Positions 61,261-64,000 of a stretch of DNA of 64,000 nt are shown piece by piece. A program made the position numbers and the translations under genes. The notes below the pieces were generated by a model. That model saw nothing but the letters and a program-made list of their open reading frames with translations, made no database searches and had not been told where the DNA came from. The DNA comes from Hypanus sabinus (lineage: Eukaryota): assembly GCF_030144855.1 (NCBI RefSeq), contig NC_082725.1:15376001-15440000 (forward strand), given 5' to 3'. Within the stretch, counting starts at the first letter, position 1, and each line of letters starts with the position of its first letter.

Positions 61261-63229
61261 ATAGTAACCTTGACTTACTCTACTTGTACTTCCTTCAAAA
61301 TGAGTATTTCCTATTATTAGCATTTATTTCTTTAATTATCTTGTTCAGGACAAAATACAGACTGTTCTTTAGATTTCAGATTCAGGTGTATAGCGTGTTG
61401 TTACCAAATCCAAGGCCTAACAGCCTTGTTATCATAAACTTGCTGTCTCCTAATCCTAAATCAATTGTTCATCAATTGATCATTTCTAAAATTCCAAAAT
61501 TTTGCGAAATGCAAGCAGCAATCTTTCTTGTAACTAGGTGATTCAAAACATGGATATAGGCAAGGAAGGGCTCAGAAAATTCAACCGTCTAATTCAATTT
61601 CTCTGAAGACAAACAGTCTCTCCAAGTTTTAATGGAAAAGGCAGATATTTCAAAGCAAAAGTGTGGTACTTGTCATAATGGGTCAAGAACACGTACAAAT
61701 ACCATGTAAAACTGAAGATTGTCCATTTAAATAAGAGTTTAATTCGCAAAGCCTGATCTCAATATTAGAATATTGCAATACTGAGGGTGTATAACTATAA
61801 AAATAAGTGGTAACCCCTCAGCACTAAGCTGCCTATCTCCATATTCAGTATGGCTGAATATGGAGCTGAAGCAAGTGGGTTAGCTAGTCTTTATTCAGTA
61901 TTAAAAGAATACAATAATTCTCTAATCCTCATCATCGACACCAACTTGGCTGCTTTTTCTCCTGAAATTGTGGCAGTCAGTAATGAGCCTTCAATTGTTC
62001 TTCAGATTTGAATTAACACGAGCTCCAACTGGAATATTGAAGGGGCCTCAGCCCTTGGATCTCACTGGTCAAGGTCCATGCCATTGCCTGTCCAGAATTT
62101 TTAAGTTGCATTGATTAAAAAAAACTTTTTAGATAAGTTTATTTTGTAGATTTTAATATTTCACAGATCAAGTCGAGTAGAGTCATAGAGTCCGAGACCA
62201 GTTCAGGATCTGAAGAAAGCCCCTGGCAATCACAAGGAGAATTCTGTGCAGTCAACATCCAAGATCTAGAGTGAACCCAGGACTCTGATGTTGTGAAGTA
62301 ACGCCACAATCAGCTGTGTCACTGTGCTGCTCAGAGATGGAGGTTACCTTCCCTAGTCAGAAGATGTTCTCCTTCTTTGACCTTATGGTGGGCCCTTTAT
62401 AATCAAAATACATTTTGAAAACAGAAATTGGGTGGGGGGGTTGCTAGGTGAAGATTGCATGGTATCATAACCCAAAATTAACTATCCAGGAGATATGGTG
62501 CAGCTTTTTGTTTATTAGTCATTCGTATCTTTGAGTCAGGAGACCAGATCTAGAGCAATAAGGAGTGTAAAAGGGCATTAAAGGAGTTTGAGCAGTCGTG
62601 CTTTATAATGAGTCCAATCTTAGAAGTTTAACCTGTACAAAAAACTAAAAAGCGGCAGGCCACATGCTGAGCTAAGCATTCCCATGGCAAGGTCATGGGA
62701 ACAATGGTAAAAGTGAGTGCAATTACTGAAACAGGAAAAATTTATTGGACACATCAACTCCATCATGGACGATCCCATGTCTGGAGGAGGTAGGGCATGG
62801 AGTTGACAAACTCATTGCATAAAAACCCAGAGCTACAGAAGCTTCAAAGACCTCATCCCTGGAAGAGAAAAGATCTTTAAGGATGGGTTACACCTGAGGA
62901 CAACTTGAAAGATTGGCTCAAGATGGAGAACAATGGTAAGCTGCTGTCAGCAGGAATAGGGGTTATGGACTGAAGAAGATAAAGATTAGTTATATTGGAT
63001 AACATCTCTGAGTCCAATAGAATTTACAGTGATGATATCCAACAATGATGGAATATAAACTCAACACACTGTAAATCCATATGAATATTGTTCATAAACT
63101 TTACAAATTGACAATAATCTTTTGGGTTTCTTTACTTTCTTTTCCATTTTTTAAATGATAGCCAAACAATAATTTCTCCAGTACCATGAAGATGTAATTG
63201 GTATTTAAAAGTAATACTAAAATAAAATA

Positions 63230-63740
63230 AAGAACATAAGAACATAACAGACAGGAGCAGGAATAAGTCAATGGAGGTCCTGAGGCAGCATTTTGTATCG
63301 AAATGTTGACAATCCCTTCCCTTCCACAGGTGTTCCTCAATCTGCTGAGTTATTCAATCATTGCAGGAGTAGTTTAATCAGCCCCTCAGTACCTCTTTGT
63401 TATTTAATTAGATCACAACTAATCCAATTATCAACTTCAATAGAGTTTCCACATGTCTCTTTGTTCCCTTTGAGTTCAAAGGCAATTCTTGGTCTTGAAC
63501 ATATTCAATGACTTGGCTGCTATAGCTGTCTAGAATAAAGGATTCAATGGTTCATGACATGCTGAGGTAAGAAAGTTCTCCTCCTCCCTGTCTTGAGTGG
63601 GTAGTCACATACTTTAAAACATTATCTCCTTGTTTTAGATACATCAACAAGGGGAAATATGTTCTCAGGATTCACGCTTTCAAAATCTTCAGAATCTCAT
63701 TTCTATCAATAAGATCATATCTCCTTCTTTGATATTTCTA
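63230..63740 (-). mobile_element. Old CR1 3' end
   Basis: AAGAACAT-repeat tail and degenerate CR1 3' sequence. Confidence 0.55.
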
Positions 63741-63769
63741 TAATACCCTACCTGTTCAGTATTACCCCT

Positions 63770-64000
63770 TATTCTTTTCCCTTCTGCCTGTTCATTGCTG
63801 TTTAGGACAGCAATGAAGGTTCTCCATCTCTGGTGGTATACATGACTTCCTTCATCATGTCAGTAGCTTCCTCTCAGGTTACTGTCAGCCATGCAAGTCC
63901 CGTGTGGAGACTCAGGAATACTGTCACACTCAGATGTAGAAGGATTCTTCATTGCCATTACTTTAACAGTTTTGTTTGAATAGTCAGGGTTGTTAGCCCT
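63770..64000 (-). mobile_element. Non-autonomous RTE-like element (runs off the window)
   Basis: Colinear with 22300-22520. Confidence 0.55.

Overview
Eukaryotic, repeat-dense, gene-poor DNA (intergenic or within a large intron). The repeat families look vertebrate, most like a cartilaginous fish such as a ray; this is inferred from repeat recognition only. Roughly two thirds of the window is decayed, often nested mobile DNA: CR1 and Rex1/Babar-type LINEs, Penelope-like elements (PLEs) with minimal hammerhead-ribozyme motifs, an L1/Tx1-type 3' end, a Hero-type endonuclease fragment, tRNA-derived and Deu-type SINEs, and Tc1/mariner and piggyBac-type non-autonomous DNA transposons. No intact host protein gene is recognisable, and almost all listed ORFs are TE fragments or their antisense. 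The stand-out is 52818-58316: two oppositely oriented, internally deleted Gypsy-type LTR retrotransposons that both carry an uninterrupted fragment of the host splicing factor RBM25 (RRM region) in place of RT/RNaseH/integrase. In one copy the fragment is fused in frame to the gag start codon. This points to an RBM25-transducing LTR family. TE-free islands contain candidate exons and enhancer-like DNA that I cannot assign to a gene. Element boundaries are approximate unless a TSD, TIR or LTR edge is quoted.
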